Shown here piece by piece: positions 55,702 to 64,000 of a stretch of 64,000 bases of DNA (within the stretch, counting starts at the first letter, position 1; every line of letters starts with the position of its first letter). The stretch is from NCBI GenBank assembly GCA_049664225.1, contig JBATEX010000057.1, positions 82,451 through 146,450 on the forward strand. Reading direction: 5' to 3'. The notes below the pieces were generated by a model. That model saw only the letters and a list, made by a program, of their open reading frames with translations, had not been told where the DNA came from and did no database searches. Made by a program: the position numbers and the translations under genes. This stretch comes from Thermoanaerobaculia bacterium (lineage in GTDB: Bacteria; Acidobacteriota; Thermoanaerobaculia; Multivoradales; JAHEKO01).

Positions 55702-56721
55702 TCAAGCTCCAGCGGCCTCGGCCTCACTCTGCAAACCCCGGCGCCGCCCGCGGGCCATTCGACGCACCGCACCCAGGGCCAACCAGCCGATCGGGATCCA
55801 GATCCAGAATGTGATCAGGCGAAATGCGCCGACAGCTAGAACCAGGTGCTCGCTGGGAATGTGCATGAGCCGCATGGAGGCACCGAGGAAACCTTCGGTC
55901 GCTCCGATACCTCCCGGCAACCCTGTCGCCACGCCAAGCACCGCTGAACCAGGAGCGAAAAGCAGGGAGTCAAAGAAAGTGAAATCCCCTGGCAAATCTC
56001 GAATCACGACGTAGAGAGCTACGCCATGGGCAACCCAGCCGATCATCTCGATGAGAACGATTGCCAGAGTCGGCCACTGCCACCAGAAGGCCAGCGGCAG
56101 CTCGAGCCGGGTACCCGAGACGAACTTCGCCGCTCGGTTGCCCAGAAACAGGACTCCTGCGATCACACTCAGCGCGGCGAACGGCGCCAGAATCGGTCTG
56201 TACCTGAAGGCCAATAGGGCGGCCAAGAGACCAAACACGGAGGTCGAATCCAGCACGAAGGCCACCGCTTCGGCCTTGAGACAGTTGCTGAGGCTTCCAC
56301 GGCCCAACCGAACCATGGCGTCGGGTCGAATCAGACGCCCCATCTGAGCTGGCAAAAGCAGACCTGCACGAGACGCAAGGTAGGCAGCCACACCGCCCCG
56401 ATCGAAAGCCTGGATGCGGAAACGATGGTAGACCCACATCCAACCGATCGCTTCCAGGGCCACGTCCACCAGCGCTAACAAAGCGACCAGGGGAATCACC
56501 GGCAGCTTGCTGCGCCAGAAGTCAGCCGCCGAGGTCCAGTCGCCCGTGAAGAAGCCGTAGGCCCCATACACCGTCACCACGGCCAACAGCACGAAGGCGA
56601 ATACCCGCGCGTACTTCATCAGTGACATATCGAGCATTGAATCCAGGGACTCCGGAGACTGCCGAAGACTACCAGGCATGAGCTCTTTTTTGGCGCTTCC
56701 GACCGCTGATCCAGATGGCAT
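55702..56721 (-). CDS. Flippase-like / lysylphosphatidylglycerol-synthase TM-region family (UPF0104) membrane protein
   Basis: Polytopic protein. The LPGGIGATEG motif is characteristic of this family. The true start may be internal (MSLMKYARVF...). Confidence 0.65.
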   Translation of the reverse strand: MPSGSAVGSAKKELMPGSLRQSPESLDSMLDMSLMKYARVFAFVLLAVVTVYGAYGFFTGDWTSAADFWRSKLPVIPLVALLALVDVALEAIGWMWVYHRFRIQAFDRGGVAAYLASRAGLLLPAQMGRLIRPDAMVRLGRGSLSNCLKAEAVAFVLDSTSVFGLLAALLAFRYRPILAPFAALSVIAGVLFLGNRAAKFVSGTRLELPLAFWWQWPTLAIVLIEMIGWVAHGVALYVVIRDLPGDFTFFDSLLFAPGSAVLGVATGLPGGIGATEGFLGASMRLMHIPSEHLVLAVGAFRLITFWIWIPIGWLALGAVRRMARGRRRGLQSEAEAAGA

Positions 56722-56801
56722 ATGCTGGCGTGGTGCGGTTGACCCGCGGCTAGAGCAGCAGTAAGGCTGCGCAACCTCGGGGAATCGGAAGACCTCTCAT
56801 C

Positions 56802-58418
56802 GTGCCTCTACTCGAAGACAGCAATCGGGGCGAAACCCTCCGCGTCCTCACTCTGATCGGGCTTTGTCTGTTTCTCTTCTGCTTCGGGCTGCACTCGAGG
56901 GTGCTCTGGGATGTGGACGAGGGAATGCACGCGGTGATGACCAAGAACATTCTGCTGAACGGAGACTGGGTCACCCCGACTTTCAACGGTGAGAACTTCT
57001 ACGACAAGCCCATCCTGTTCAACTGGCTGGGTGCGATCTGCTTTCTCATCTTCGGCTTCAATGAGTTCGCGGCCAGACTTCCGGCCTCGATCTTCGGCAC
57101 GGCCGGCGTCCTGGTGACCTACTGCCTGGGCCGCAAGATGTTTGGACCGACTGTGGGTTTCCTGGCAGGGGTGATTCTCGCCAGTTCGGCAGAGTACCTG
57201 CTGCTCTCGAGAGTCGTCGTTCACGACATCGCTCTGACGCTGTTCACGACCCTGGCGCTCTGCTTCTTCTATCTCGGCCATGTCGATGGGAAGCGGAGGA
57301 AGCGCCATTTCCTTCTATTCTGGGTCGCCGCAGGCTTTGCGATTCTGGCCAAGGGGCCACTCGGACTGGCGCTTCCCGGCCTGGTCATCGGCGTCTTCCT
57401 GCTCGCTACGCGAAGGCTGCCGCTGATCAGGGAGATGCAGTTCGGGTGGGGTCTCTTGATCCTGCTCCTGGTAGCCGGCCCCTGGTATTTCGCCATCAGC
57501 CTGCGCAACCCCGAATATCTTCGGTACTTCATCCTCGAGAAGAACCTCGGTAGCTTCGCCTCCTCCGACGCCCACCACGCAGGGCCGATCTACTTCTATA
57601 TCCGCGCCCTGTCATTCGGCTTGCTGCCTTGGGTTACCTTGGTTCCTCTGGCGACCATCGGGGCGATCCGCAATCGGGATCGAGGACCTGGAGACGCTGT
57701 CCTCTTCCTTCTGGTCTGGATAGGTGCCATCTTTGCCTTCTTCTCCTTGGCGACAGCCAAGCTCGAGAGCTACATCCTGCCGATTTTTCCGGCCGTCGCC
57801 CTAATGTTCGCCCTGTACTGGAACAGCGCTCTGACGGACCCGAGCCCCTCCCGCAGACGGGGGCTCCTCTGGTCCTGGTCGCCGCTCGTCGGGCTCATGA
57901 TCGCGGCGGTCATCTACCTCTGGGTGATCCCGCCCACCTCGTTGCAGGCCAAGGCCGGTCTCGACCTGCCGAGGGTCTACGGGTTCATTTGGGCGGTCGC
58001 CGCACTCGTCATCCTGGTGTTTGTCTTGCTGTGGATCAGGAAGACCGCTGCTGCCATGACGGCCATCGTCACGCTCACGGGAACCTCGATGGTCCTGTTC
58101 AATCTCGTCTTGGCTCCACCCGTGGGCCCCTATCGCGCGACCAAGGAGCTCGGTCTGAGGCTCGACCAGAGGCTGCCGCCCGGCGAGCGCTATGTCTTCT
58201 ACAATCGGATTCGCGACTCGGCCATGTTCTATACAGACCGGGAAGCGGTGGTTCTAGAGAATCCGTCGGAACTCTCGGAGCTCCTGCAGTCCCAAAAACG
58301 CGAGTACTGCATCTTGGATGAGCGCCGTCTGAAAGAGGTCGACGCCCTGAAAGACCTGTTCTTCATCCTCGATCAGGACGGCAACAAATACCTGATCTCC
58401 AATCGGCCAGACCCCTGA
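56802..58418 (+). CDS. GT-C fold glycosyltransferase, ArnT/PMT-like (family 39/83), paralogue 2
   Basis: GTG start. WDVDEGMHAVMTKNILLNGDWVTPTFNGENFYDKPILFNW and GFAILAKGPLGLALPGLV are ArnT-like motifs. About 12 TM helices are predicted. Confidence 0.85.
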   Translation: MPLLEDSNRGETLRVLTLIGLCLFLFCFGLHSRVLWDVDEGMHAVMTKNILLNGDWVTPTFNGENFYDKPILFNWLGAICFLIFGFNEFAARLPASIFGTAGVLVTYCLGRKMFGPTVGFLAGVILASSAEYLLLSRVVVHDIALTLFTTLALCFFYLGHVDGKRRKRHFLLFWVAAGFAILAKGPLGLALPGLVIGVFLLATRRLPLIREMQFGWGLLILLLVAGPWYFAISLRNPEYLRYFILEKNLGSFASSDAHHAGPIYFYIRALSFGLLPWVTLVPLATIGAIRNRDRGPGDAVLFLLVWIGAIFAFFSLATAKLESYILPIFPAVALMFALYWNSALTDPSPSRRRGLLWSWSPLVGLMIAAVIYLWVIPPTSLQAKAGLDLPRVYGFIWAVAALVILVFVLLWIRKTAAAMTAIVTLTGTSMVLFNLVLAPPVGPYRATKELGLRLDQRLPPGERYVFYNRIRDSAMFYTDREAVVLENPSELSELLQSQKREYCILDERRLKEVDALKDLFFILDQDGNKYLISNRPDP

Positions 58419-58433
58419 CCAACGGGCTGGTCA

Positions 58434-58449
58434 GCCTCTCTAGAGAGGC
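58434..58449. terminator. Perfect 16-bp palindrome gcctctctagagaggc between convergent genes (possible bidirectional terminator)
   Basis: Read directly. It lies 16 nt after the stop of the GT-C paralogue 2 gene and 135 nt before the stop of the FG-GAP gene. No U-tract is present. Confidence 0.3.
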
Positions 58450-58584
58450 ATCGCCTCCCGCCGACCAGTCGACCGAGAGGGCCCCACTCGGTTTCGCTCG
58501 AGTACCAAGGCCTGCTCTCAAGGGCCAAGCTGCACCTGGTGCCGTTTGGCCAGTCAGCAGCCGAACTCCAGTGAGAAGCTCGGA

Positions 58585-60996
58585 CTAAGGAGTGGAGGAC
58601 GTCCATGCCGAGGCATCGCCCGCCTCGAAACCGTCGGAAAAGAGCACGGCCGCCCCTTCTTGGCGCCACAGGTAGATGTGGTCCTCGGCGTTGCCGTCGG
58701 CGACGAAGTCGAGGTCACCATCGGCGTCCACATCGGTAGGCCGGATTCGGGCACTGACTCCGACGCTCCAGGACAAGTCTCGCCGTTCCCAGAGAGTGCC
58801 GTCGGCATTCCGGCCGAACAGGGCGAACAGATTGCTGTCCGAGTCATCGAAGCCGGTGGACGTGCCCATCTCGCCGCTCACGATGTCGGTCAGTCCATCG
58901 CCATCCAGGTCTCCGGCCCAGAGGTTCTCGGGCCCATCCAGGTGCTCGGCAACGACATGCTCCGCCCAGCTTTGGGTCTTCGGGTTGATGGGCGCTTCGA
59001 CCCAGAGGACCCGGCCGTCGGGGTAGACAAAGCCCTCGGCCCCCACTACATCCGGTCGGCCGTCTCCATTGACATCGAAACAGGCCACATTCTGCACCGC
59101 GTCCGTGAACAGTTGGCGGCCAGTCCAGTCGGCGGTGGTCGGTGTCGCGGGCTGCTCGAACCACCTGTTCGAGACCACGACATCCAGATCGAGATCGGCA
59201 TCGAGATCCCCGACCGCCAGGCCGACATAGGGATCCGAGACAGAGGCGAGGATCCTTGTACGAGGCCAGGCATCCGTCAGGGGATCGACGGGTACGTCGT
59301 ACCAGTACACGCCCCCTCCTACGTACAGCGCCACCAACTCGCCTTCGTCATCGCCGTCGAGGTCACCGATCACAAGATCGTGGTTGAAGTGGCTGATGAA
59401 GCCGTCGATGGTGTACCTCACCCAGGTTCCGGTGACACTGGCCGTGCCCGGATTGCGCCACCAGACGAGAGAAGAGTTGTAGAGCGCAGCGACGACATCC
59501 AAAGCGCCGTCCCGATCGACATCGACGACGAGGCCACCGTTGCCTCCGGCACTCGAGCTCGCCTCAAGGGGAAAGCGTGTCCACTCGGGAGCCCGGTACC
59601 ATTGGATCGCTCCACCACCTCCAGCCACCACGTCCACCAGGCCGTCTCCGTCCAGATCTCCAGCTGCCGACCAGCCCGGCCGTCCATTGCCGGAGTAAGC
59701 CGAATCGACCACCTCGAGGTTGAAGTAGGAGGTCGCCATCGCATTCTCGTAGTAACTGACAACCGAGGTGCCGGCAGATTCGCTGATCACGTCCCACATG
59801 CCATCTTGATTGACATCGTCAATTCGTAGCTGGTGGCTCGGATAGGAGTTCGGAGAAAGCACACTCTCCTGCCAGCTGTCGTCACCTGGCAGGTTCTCGA
59901 AGAGGTAGATGCTGTGCACCTCTTCGTCCCAGCCTGGCTCGCCCGAAGCCTCGCCGAAGAAGAGATCGCACGTCACAATGTCAACGTCCCCGTCGGCTGC
60001 CAGATCTACGCTCTGCAGACACTCTGGGTGATGCAGCAGCGCATCGATCTCATGCTCGGCCCAGACTCCGAACGGAGAGCCATCGGGCTGCTCGTACCAA
60101 TAGACGCCCTCGCCGTGGTGGCCGGCTCCCATGACCAGGTCGAGATCATCGTCTTCGTCCATGTCCCTCGCCAGAACATTGGAGACGCCATACTCGGTCG
60201 TCACCTGGTGCCAGGTCCAGGTCCCGGCAGGATTCGCCGGTCCTTCATACCAGCCGTTGGCATAGGCCAGATCGAAGTCTCCATCGTCGTCCAGGTCGGC
60301 GAGATCGAGGCCCGCGTGGCCGTGTGGCGCCCCCTCGGAACGGTCCGCTTCGATCGTGTGCTGCTCCCAGAGTGAATTCGGGTTCACACCAGGTCGAAAC
60401 CACTTGATCGTGATGCTGGCGCTCCAGTAGCCGCTGTTGAGGTTGGCGATGAACTCCTCGGCCACCTGGTCGCCGTCGAGGTCGACCCGGATCAGGTCGT
60501 GCATGTAGCGGGTCTCGTTGCTCAGGACATGGAACACCCAAGGAGCGCCGGTCAAAGGTGGATCGGGGTTTTCCCACCAGCCGAGGTTGCCATAATAGAG
60601 GGCCGAGACGACATCCAGGTCACCGTCGCCGTCCACATCGTAGAGCTCGGCCCCATTGGCACCCATTTGGTTCGTAGCGTCCAGATTCCCGTAGCGTTGC
60701 CAGCCATCAGCCTCACCACCGTTCTCATAGACGAAGAGAGCGTACCCTCCACCCGCCACGAGATCCCGGTCGCCATCGAGATCGATGTCGCCAGCCCGCA
60801 CCCAGCCTGGTTTACCGTTGCCTCCATAGTCGAGGTCGATGTAGCGGCGGAGGAACCGAGGCTCCGAGTCTGGTCCAGGTGTGGTACCTGGTGCCGCCAC
60901 CGAATCCATAGGCATGTGAGCCTGGGCGGGGGCTGGTAAGTAGAGAACCACACCAAGCAGTGCTAGAAGAGGCTTGAAACGAGTCATCATCAGCAT
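58585..60996 (-). CDS. Secreted FG-GAP/VCBS-repeat (integrin-alpha-like beta-propeller) protein
   Basis: Signal peptide (MLMMTRFKPLLALLGVVLYLPAPAQA). The motifs D.DGDGD.D(VL)V and GDLDGDG recur more than 12 times across about 800 aa. The start is at 60996, 60990 or 60987. Confidence 0.85.
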   Translation of the reverse strand: MLMMTRFKPLLALLGVVLYLPAPAQAHMPMDSVAAPGTTPGPDSEPRFLRRYIDLDYGGNGKPGWVRAGDIDLDGDRDLVAGGGYALFVYENGGEADGWQRYGNLDATNQMGANGAELYDVDGDGDLDVVSALYYGNLGWWENPDPPLTGAPWVFHVLSNETRYMHDLIRVDLDGDQVAEEFIANLNSGYWSASITIKWFRPGVNPNSLWEQHTIEADRSEGAPHGHAGLDLADLDDDGDFDLAYANGWYEGPANPAGTWTWHQVTTEYGVSNVLARDMDEDDDLDLVMGAGHHGEGVYWYEQPDGSPFGVWAEHEIDALLHHPECLQSVDLAADGDVDIVTCDLFFGEASGEPGWDEEVHSIYLFENLPGDDSWQESVLSPNSYPSHQLRIDDVNQDGMWDVISESAGTSVVSYYENAMATSYFNLEVVDSAYSGNGRPGWSAAGDLDGDGLVDVVAGGGGAIQWYRAPEWTRFPLEASSSAGGNGGLVVDVDRDGALDVVAALYNSSLVWWRNPGTASVTGTWVRYTIDGFISHFNHDLVIGDLDGDDEGELVALYVGGGVYWYDVPVDPLTDAWPRTRILASVSDPYVGLAVGDLDADLDLDVVVSNRWFEQPATPTTADWTGRQLFTDAVQNVACFDVNGDGRPDVVGAEGFVYPDGRVLWVEAPINPKTQSWAEHVVAEHLDGPENLWAGDLDGDGLTDIVSGEMGTSTGFDDSDSNLFALFGRNADGTLWERRDLSWSVGVSARIRPTDVDADGDLDFVADGNAEDHIYLWRQEGAAVLFSDGFEAGDASAWTSSTP

Positions 60997-61147
60997 GACA
61001 GAAGGATCAAAGACGAGTGACTCTTCAGCCTGACAGGACATCCACTGAGTCGCTGTGGCCTAGTCCATAAGAACAGGAGTCGAGCCAGGATTTGTATATA
61101 CTCCTGGCCTCGAAGGATCTCCCGATAACCCTCTGAAAGGGACTTTT

Positions 61148-62380
61148 GTGGCTGTAGCCAGGCAACGCATTCACCTACCGCCCAAGGGCTGGCGACGAGC
61201 CATGACCAGCTTGGTCCAGGGAACCCTCTGGAACGGCGACGAAATCCGTCAGTTCGAGGAGGCTTTTGCCGAGTTCATCGGTGTGCCCGATGCGGTGGCC
61301 ATCCCATCGGGCCGGGCCGGCCTTCGATTCATCTTCGAGGCCCTCGGCCTCCAGTCGGAGTCCGACGTCATCTGCTCGGCCTTCGCCTATCCGGTCGTGC
61401 CGCACCTTGCCCGTTCCTTGGGCTTTTCCGTTCGCTTCGCCGACTGCGAAATGGAGACCCTGGGGATGGACCCCGAGGCGCTCGCGGCCACCATCACCGA
61501 TCGCACGCAGGTCGTGATCGCGACTCACCTCTACGGCATACCCTGTCGAATCCGCGAGATCGCCGAGATCGCCGAGGCCCACGGCGCCACGCTGATCGAG
61601 GACTGTGCCCATTGCTACGGCGCCTCGGTGGGAGGTCGCAAGGCAGGGGCTTTCGGCCGTTTCGGCTACTTCAGCTTCGAGACCTCCAAGCCGATCAACA
61701 CCATGGGCGGTGGCATGGTCACGACCCAGGATCCGGAGCTCGCGGAGCGGATTCGTGAAGTAGCCCGCAAGGAGCCTGCCAAGAACCTGGCGTGGTTGCG
61801 AAAGCGCCTGTTGAAGACCACCTTCGAAACCATCGTCACCAACCCGTTGGTCTTCAATCTCGGGGTCTACCCGGCACTTCGCTTTCTTCAGAGCCGAGAG
61901 GATTCCGATGAGAGGTTCGCCTCCGGCTATCAGCCGGACGAGATCACCATGCAGGGTCGCATGGGGCGATACACCAACTACCAGGCCTCACTCGGGCTGG
62001 ATCAGATGCACATCATCCTGCCGCAGCTCGAGCGTCGCGTCGCCAATGCCGAGCGCCTGATCGGTCGGCTGAAGGACTCCGTGAAGTTCCAATCCCACGA
62101 TGTCGCCGACGTGCGCTCCAACTACATGCTGGTCACGGCGCTGTTTCCGCAGATGCAAGCCATGGCTCGACGACTTCTCGAGTTGGGCGTCGACACGAAG
62201 CATCACTACATGAGGGACTGCAGCGCGCTCCTCGAGGACGGCGTCTCTTTCTCCGGTGCTGCGCAGGCTGAGCGTGAGATCTTGCACTTGCCGGCCTACC
62301 CGGAGATCAGCGACGCCAAGATCGATTGGATCGCCGAGAGAGTCCAGCAGGCGGTCGACGAGATCGGCTCCGGCAAGTAG
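61148..62380 (+). CDS. DegT/DnrJ/EryC1/StrS-family sugar aminotransferase (ArnB-like)
   Basis: GTG start. The segments ...FEEAFAEFIGV..AVAIPSGRAGL..., THLYGIPC and FSFETSKPINTMGGGM (PLP lysine) are present. Confidence 0.85.
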   Translation: MAVARQRIHLPPKGWRRAMTSLVQGTLWNGDEIRQFEEAFAEFIGVPDAVAIPSGRAGLRFIFEALGLQSESDVICSAFAYPVVPHLARSLGFSVRFADCEMETLGMDPEALAATITDRTQVVIATHLYGIPCRIREIAEIAEAHGATLIEDCAHCYGASVGGRKAGAFGRFGYFSFETSKPINTMGGGMVTTQDPELAERIREVARKEPAKNLAWLRKRLLKTTFETIVTNPLVFNLGVYPALRFLQSREDSDERFASGYQPDEITMQGRMGRYTNYQASLGLDQMHIILPQLERRVANAERLIGRLKDSVKFQSHDVADVRSNYMLVTALFPQMQAMARRLLELGVDTKHHYMRDCSALLEDGVSFSGAAQAEREILHLPAYPEISDAKIDWIAERVQQAVDEIGSGK

Positions 62381-62412
62381 ACGCCTTCGGGGCATCGAAT
62401 GACAGAGCTGCC

Positions 62413-64000
62413 ATGAGCGAATCGAATCCGGGCTCCATCCTGGTCCGACACAGGTCGCTATTCCTCTTCCTGCTCGGCCTTCTCTTGCTGGTGCCCTGGC
62501 TCGGGATGCGGGATCTCTGGTATCCCGACGAGCCCGACATCGCCGAGGTCAGCCAGTCGATGTACGTCAGTGGTGATTGGGTTGCACCACGACGCATGGG
62601 CGTGATCTGGGTCGACTACCCACCGATGATTTATTGGGCGGGCACGGCATCGGCGCACCTGCTGGGCGGGATGTCGGAGTTCGCGCTCAGGCTGCCGAAC
62701 GCCCTGACCGCCATTTGCCTGGTGCTCCTGACCTGTTGGGTGGCTTCGCGTTGGTTCGACTCGCGCACTGGACTGTGGGCTGGGTTCCTGCTGCTGACGT
62801 TCCAGCAGTTCGTCTACGAAGCCATCAACTATCGCCCCGACACGCTTTTCAGCTTCATGATCGCCGCCGGGATGTTCCTCTACGCGCGCGGCGTCGGGGA
62901 GAGTCAGAGAGGGCTGCTGCGAGTGGGCGCTTTCGTCCTTTTCGGGCTGGCGATGCTCGCCAAGGGACCCCTCGGACTCCTGCTCCCGGGCCTCGTTCTG
63001 ACACTTTGGCACGGCAGCCGCCGCGAGTGGCGACGACTCTTCGAACTGGCTCCGCTGGCGCTGATCTCCTTTGCGGTCTACCTTCCATGGTTCGTCGCCT
63101 GCGCCCACGCCATGGGCTCCGACAACATTCTCTACGAGCTCTACGCCCAGAATTTCGCCCGGTTCTTCTCCGGGTCCCGAGGTCACGGCCAACCGGTCTA
63201 CTACTACCTGGTCCAGATATGGATCGATCTGCTGCCCTGGGGACCGTTGCTGCCGTTCGCGATCTGGTGGACCGTCCGCACAGATCGCTACAAGCAACCC
63301 AACACTCAGCTCATGCTCTGGTGGTTCGGCACGTTTCTGGTCTTTCTCTCGATGGCGGTCACCAAGCGCCAGCTCTACATGCTGCCGGCCTACCCGGCCG
63401 CCGCGATGCTGCTGGCACCTTGGATCGCAAAGCTCACCCGACGAGGCAGCCTCGCACCCGATGCCCCCTCCTCGCGTCCGGTTCGGATCTACGTTCCAAT
63501 CCTGATCGCCGTTCTGGCCATCATCGCCGTGGCCTTTGTCGTCGTTGCTGTGGTCTTCGAACCAATTGTCGCTCAGATGAAGCTGAATCCGATGCGGATG
63601 GAAGCGGCGAGGGCCGAGCGCCTGCCCATGCTCGTCACCGCGCTGATCCTCCTGGCTGGGGGTTACTGGCTCTTCCGGGCATGGCAACGTGGCGATGTTC
63701 GCAGCATGTTGGTGCGACTCGGTGTGCTGCAGATCCCCCTCTGGCTCGCAGTGATGATCGGCATTCTTCCCGCCCTGAATCCGGCCAAGACCTACAAGCC
63801 CGCGTGCCAGTGGATCCGTCAGCAAATAGGCTCCGAGACCCACTTCGGCCTGGTCTATCCGGAGTACGCCATGCGCAAGATGGGGGCCTTCGGTTTCTAC
63901 ACCGGCGCTCTGGTCGATCGAATGGAGCACCAGGTGGAGGTCGAGAGCTACCTGCGGGACCACCCGACGTCTGTGGTCCTGGTCCACGAAAGCTCGACCG
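62413..64000 (+). CDS. GT-C fold glycosyltransferase, ArnT/PMT-like, paralogue 3 (3' end outside window)
   Basis: Not in the ORF track, because no stop lies in the window. My manual translation from the ATG at 62413 is open to base 64000: MSESNPGSILVRHRSLFLFLLGLLLLVPWLGMRDLWYPDEPDIAEVSQSMYVSGDWVAPRRMGVIWVDYPPM...FGLAMLAKGPLGLLLPGLV. This is clearly paralogous to 56802-58418. Confidence 0.8.
   Translation, partial: MSESNPGSILVRHRSLFLFLLGLLLLVPWLGMRDLWYPDEPDIAEVSQSMYVSGDWVAPRRMGVIWVDYPPMIYWAGTASAHLLGGMSEFALRLPNALTAICLVLLTCWVASRWFDSRTGLWAGFLLLTFQQFVYEAINYRPDTLFSFMIAAGMFLYARGVGESQRGLLRVGAFVLFGLAMLAKGPLGLLLPGLVLTLWHGSRREWRRLFELAPLALISFAVYLPWFVACAHAMGSDNILYELYAQNFARFFSGSRGHGQPVYYYLVQIWIDLLPWGPLLPFAIWWTVRTDRYKQPNTQLMLWWFGTFLVFLSMAVTKRQLYMLPAYPAAAMLLAPWIAKLTRRGSLAPDAPSSRPVRIYVPILIAVLAIIAVAFVVVAVVFEPIVAQMKLNPMRMEAARAERLPMLVTALILLAGGYWLFRAWQRGDVRSMLVRLGVLQIPLWLAVMIGILPALNPAKTYKPACQWIRQQIGSETHFGLVYPEYAMRKMGAFGFYTGALVDRMEHQVEVESYLRDHPTSVVLVHESST

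Noticed and set aside
58546-59829. 427-aa plus-strand ORF
   Set aside because: It is antisense to the FG-GAP/VCBS repeat gene, whose repeated D.DGDGD motifs and signal peptide make the minus-strand frame unambiguous.
62458-63987. 509-aa minus-strand track ORF, the longest ORF in the last 1.6 kb
   Set aside because: Its product is a charged, low-complexity sequence (runs of H, Q, E, R, G, D) with no signal, TM or domain features. The opposite strand translates without stops from the ATG at 62413 into a clear polytopic ArnT-like GT-C protein paralogous to 56802-58418. This is a classic antisense shadow ORF of high-GC DNA.

Overview
This is a GC-rich, gene-dense bacterial chromosomal segment with Gram-negative-type envelope genes. 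By eye I found no rRNA, tRNA, CRISPR array, transposase or integrase.

Gene content from left to right:
- 1-8.8 kb: mltG 3' end, a tryptophanase/tyrosine phenol-lyase gene bracketed by long inverted repeats, DUF3891, ogt, a Trp/Gly-rich PEGA protein, a GHMP kinase, an M23 peptidase, and an ECF sigma / ZAS anti-sigma / Cys-less thioredoxin-fold module.
- 8.9-19.4 kb: an 11-gene nuoABCDHIJKLMN operon with no nuoEFG, directly preceded by a MidA/NDUFAF7-type methyltransferase gene.
- 20.8-32.2 kb: an SNase-like nuclease, a split heptose kinase and adenylyltransferase plus a GT9 gene, an orphan pilB, a PduO-type adenosyltransferase, a fused pabB-pabC, rlmN and ggt.
- 32.4-43.6 kb: a nine-gene, tightly coupled minus-strand operon, which is the most unusual locus in the window.
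- 43.8-47.9 kb: a prokaryotic pentameric ligand-gated ion channel, uppP, an ArsR/SRPBCC pair, a DUF3365 haem protein and bfr.
- 48-64 kb: a second complete ADP-heptose pathway (gmhA, gmhB, fused hldE, hldD, GT9) interleaved with three ArnT/PMT-like GT-C transferases, two aminotransferases, a flippase-like protein and an FG-GAP protein.

The nine-gene operon combines a MotA/ExbB-type proton channel with two paralogous proteins that carry an ExbD/TolR-like Asp-containing TM helix fused to a coiled coil and a vWA domain. It also encodes a degenerate Hsp70-fold/FHA protein, an FHA-PEGA-FGE protein, a Ser/Thr kinase-TPR-PEGA protein, a small secreted peptide and two lipoproteins. I propose it is a candidate undescribed PMF-coupled envelope system.

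Non-coding structure:
- A REP-like hairpin repeat family with covarying stems, at five positions.
- C-tract (G-quadruplex / i-motif capable) repeats after two stop codons.
- Two 21-22 bp perfect long-range inverted repeats flanking the tryptophanase gene.
- A textbook sigma70 promoter with an embedded palindromic operator for the ArsR gene.

Many long track ORFs are antisense or alternate-frame shadows typical of high-GC DNA. One real gene (62413-64000, +) is missing from the track because it runs off the window.
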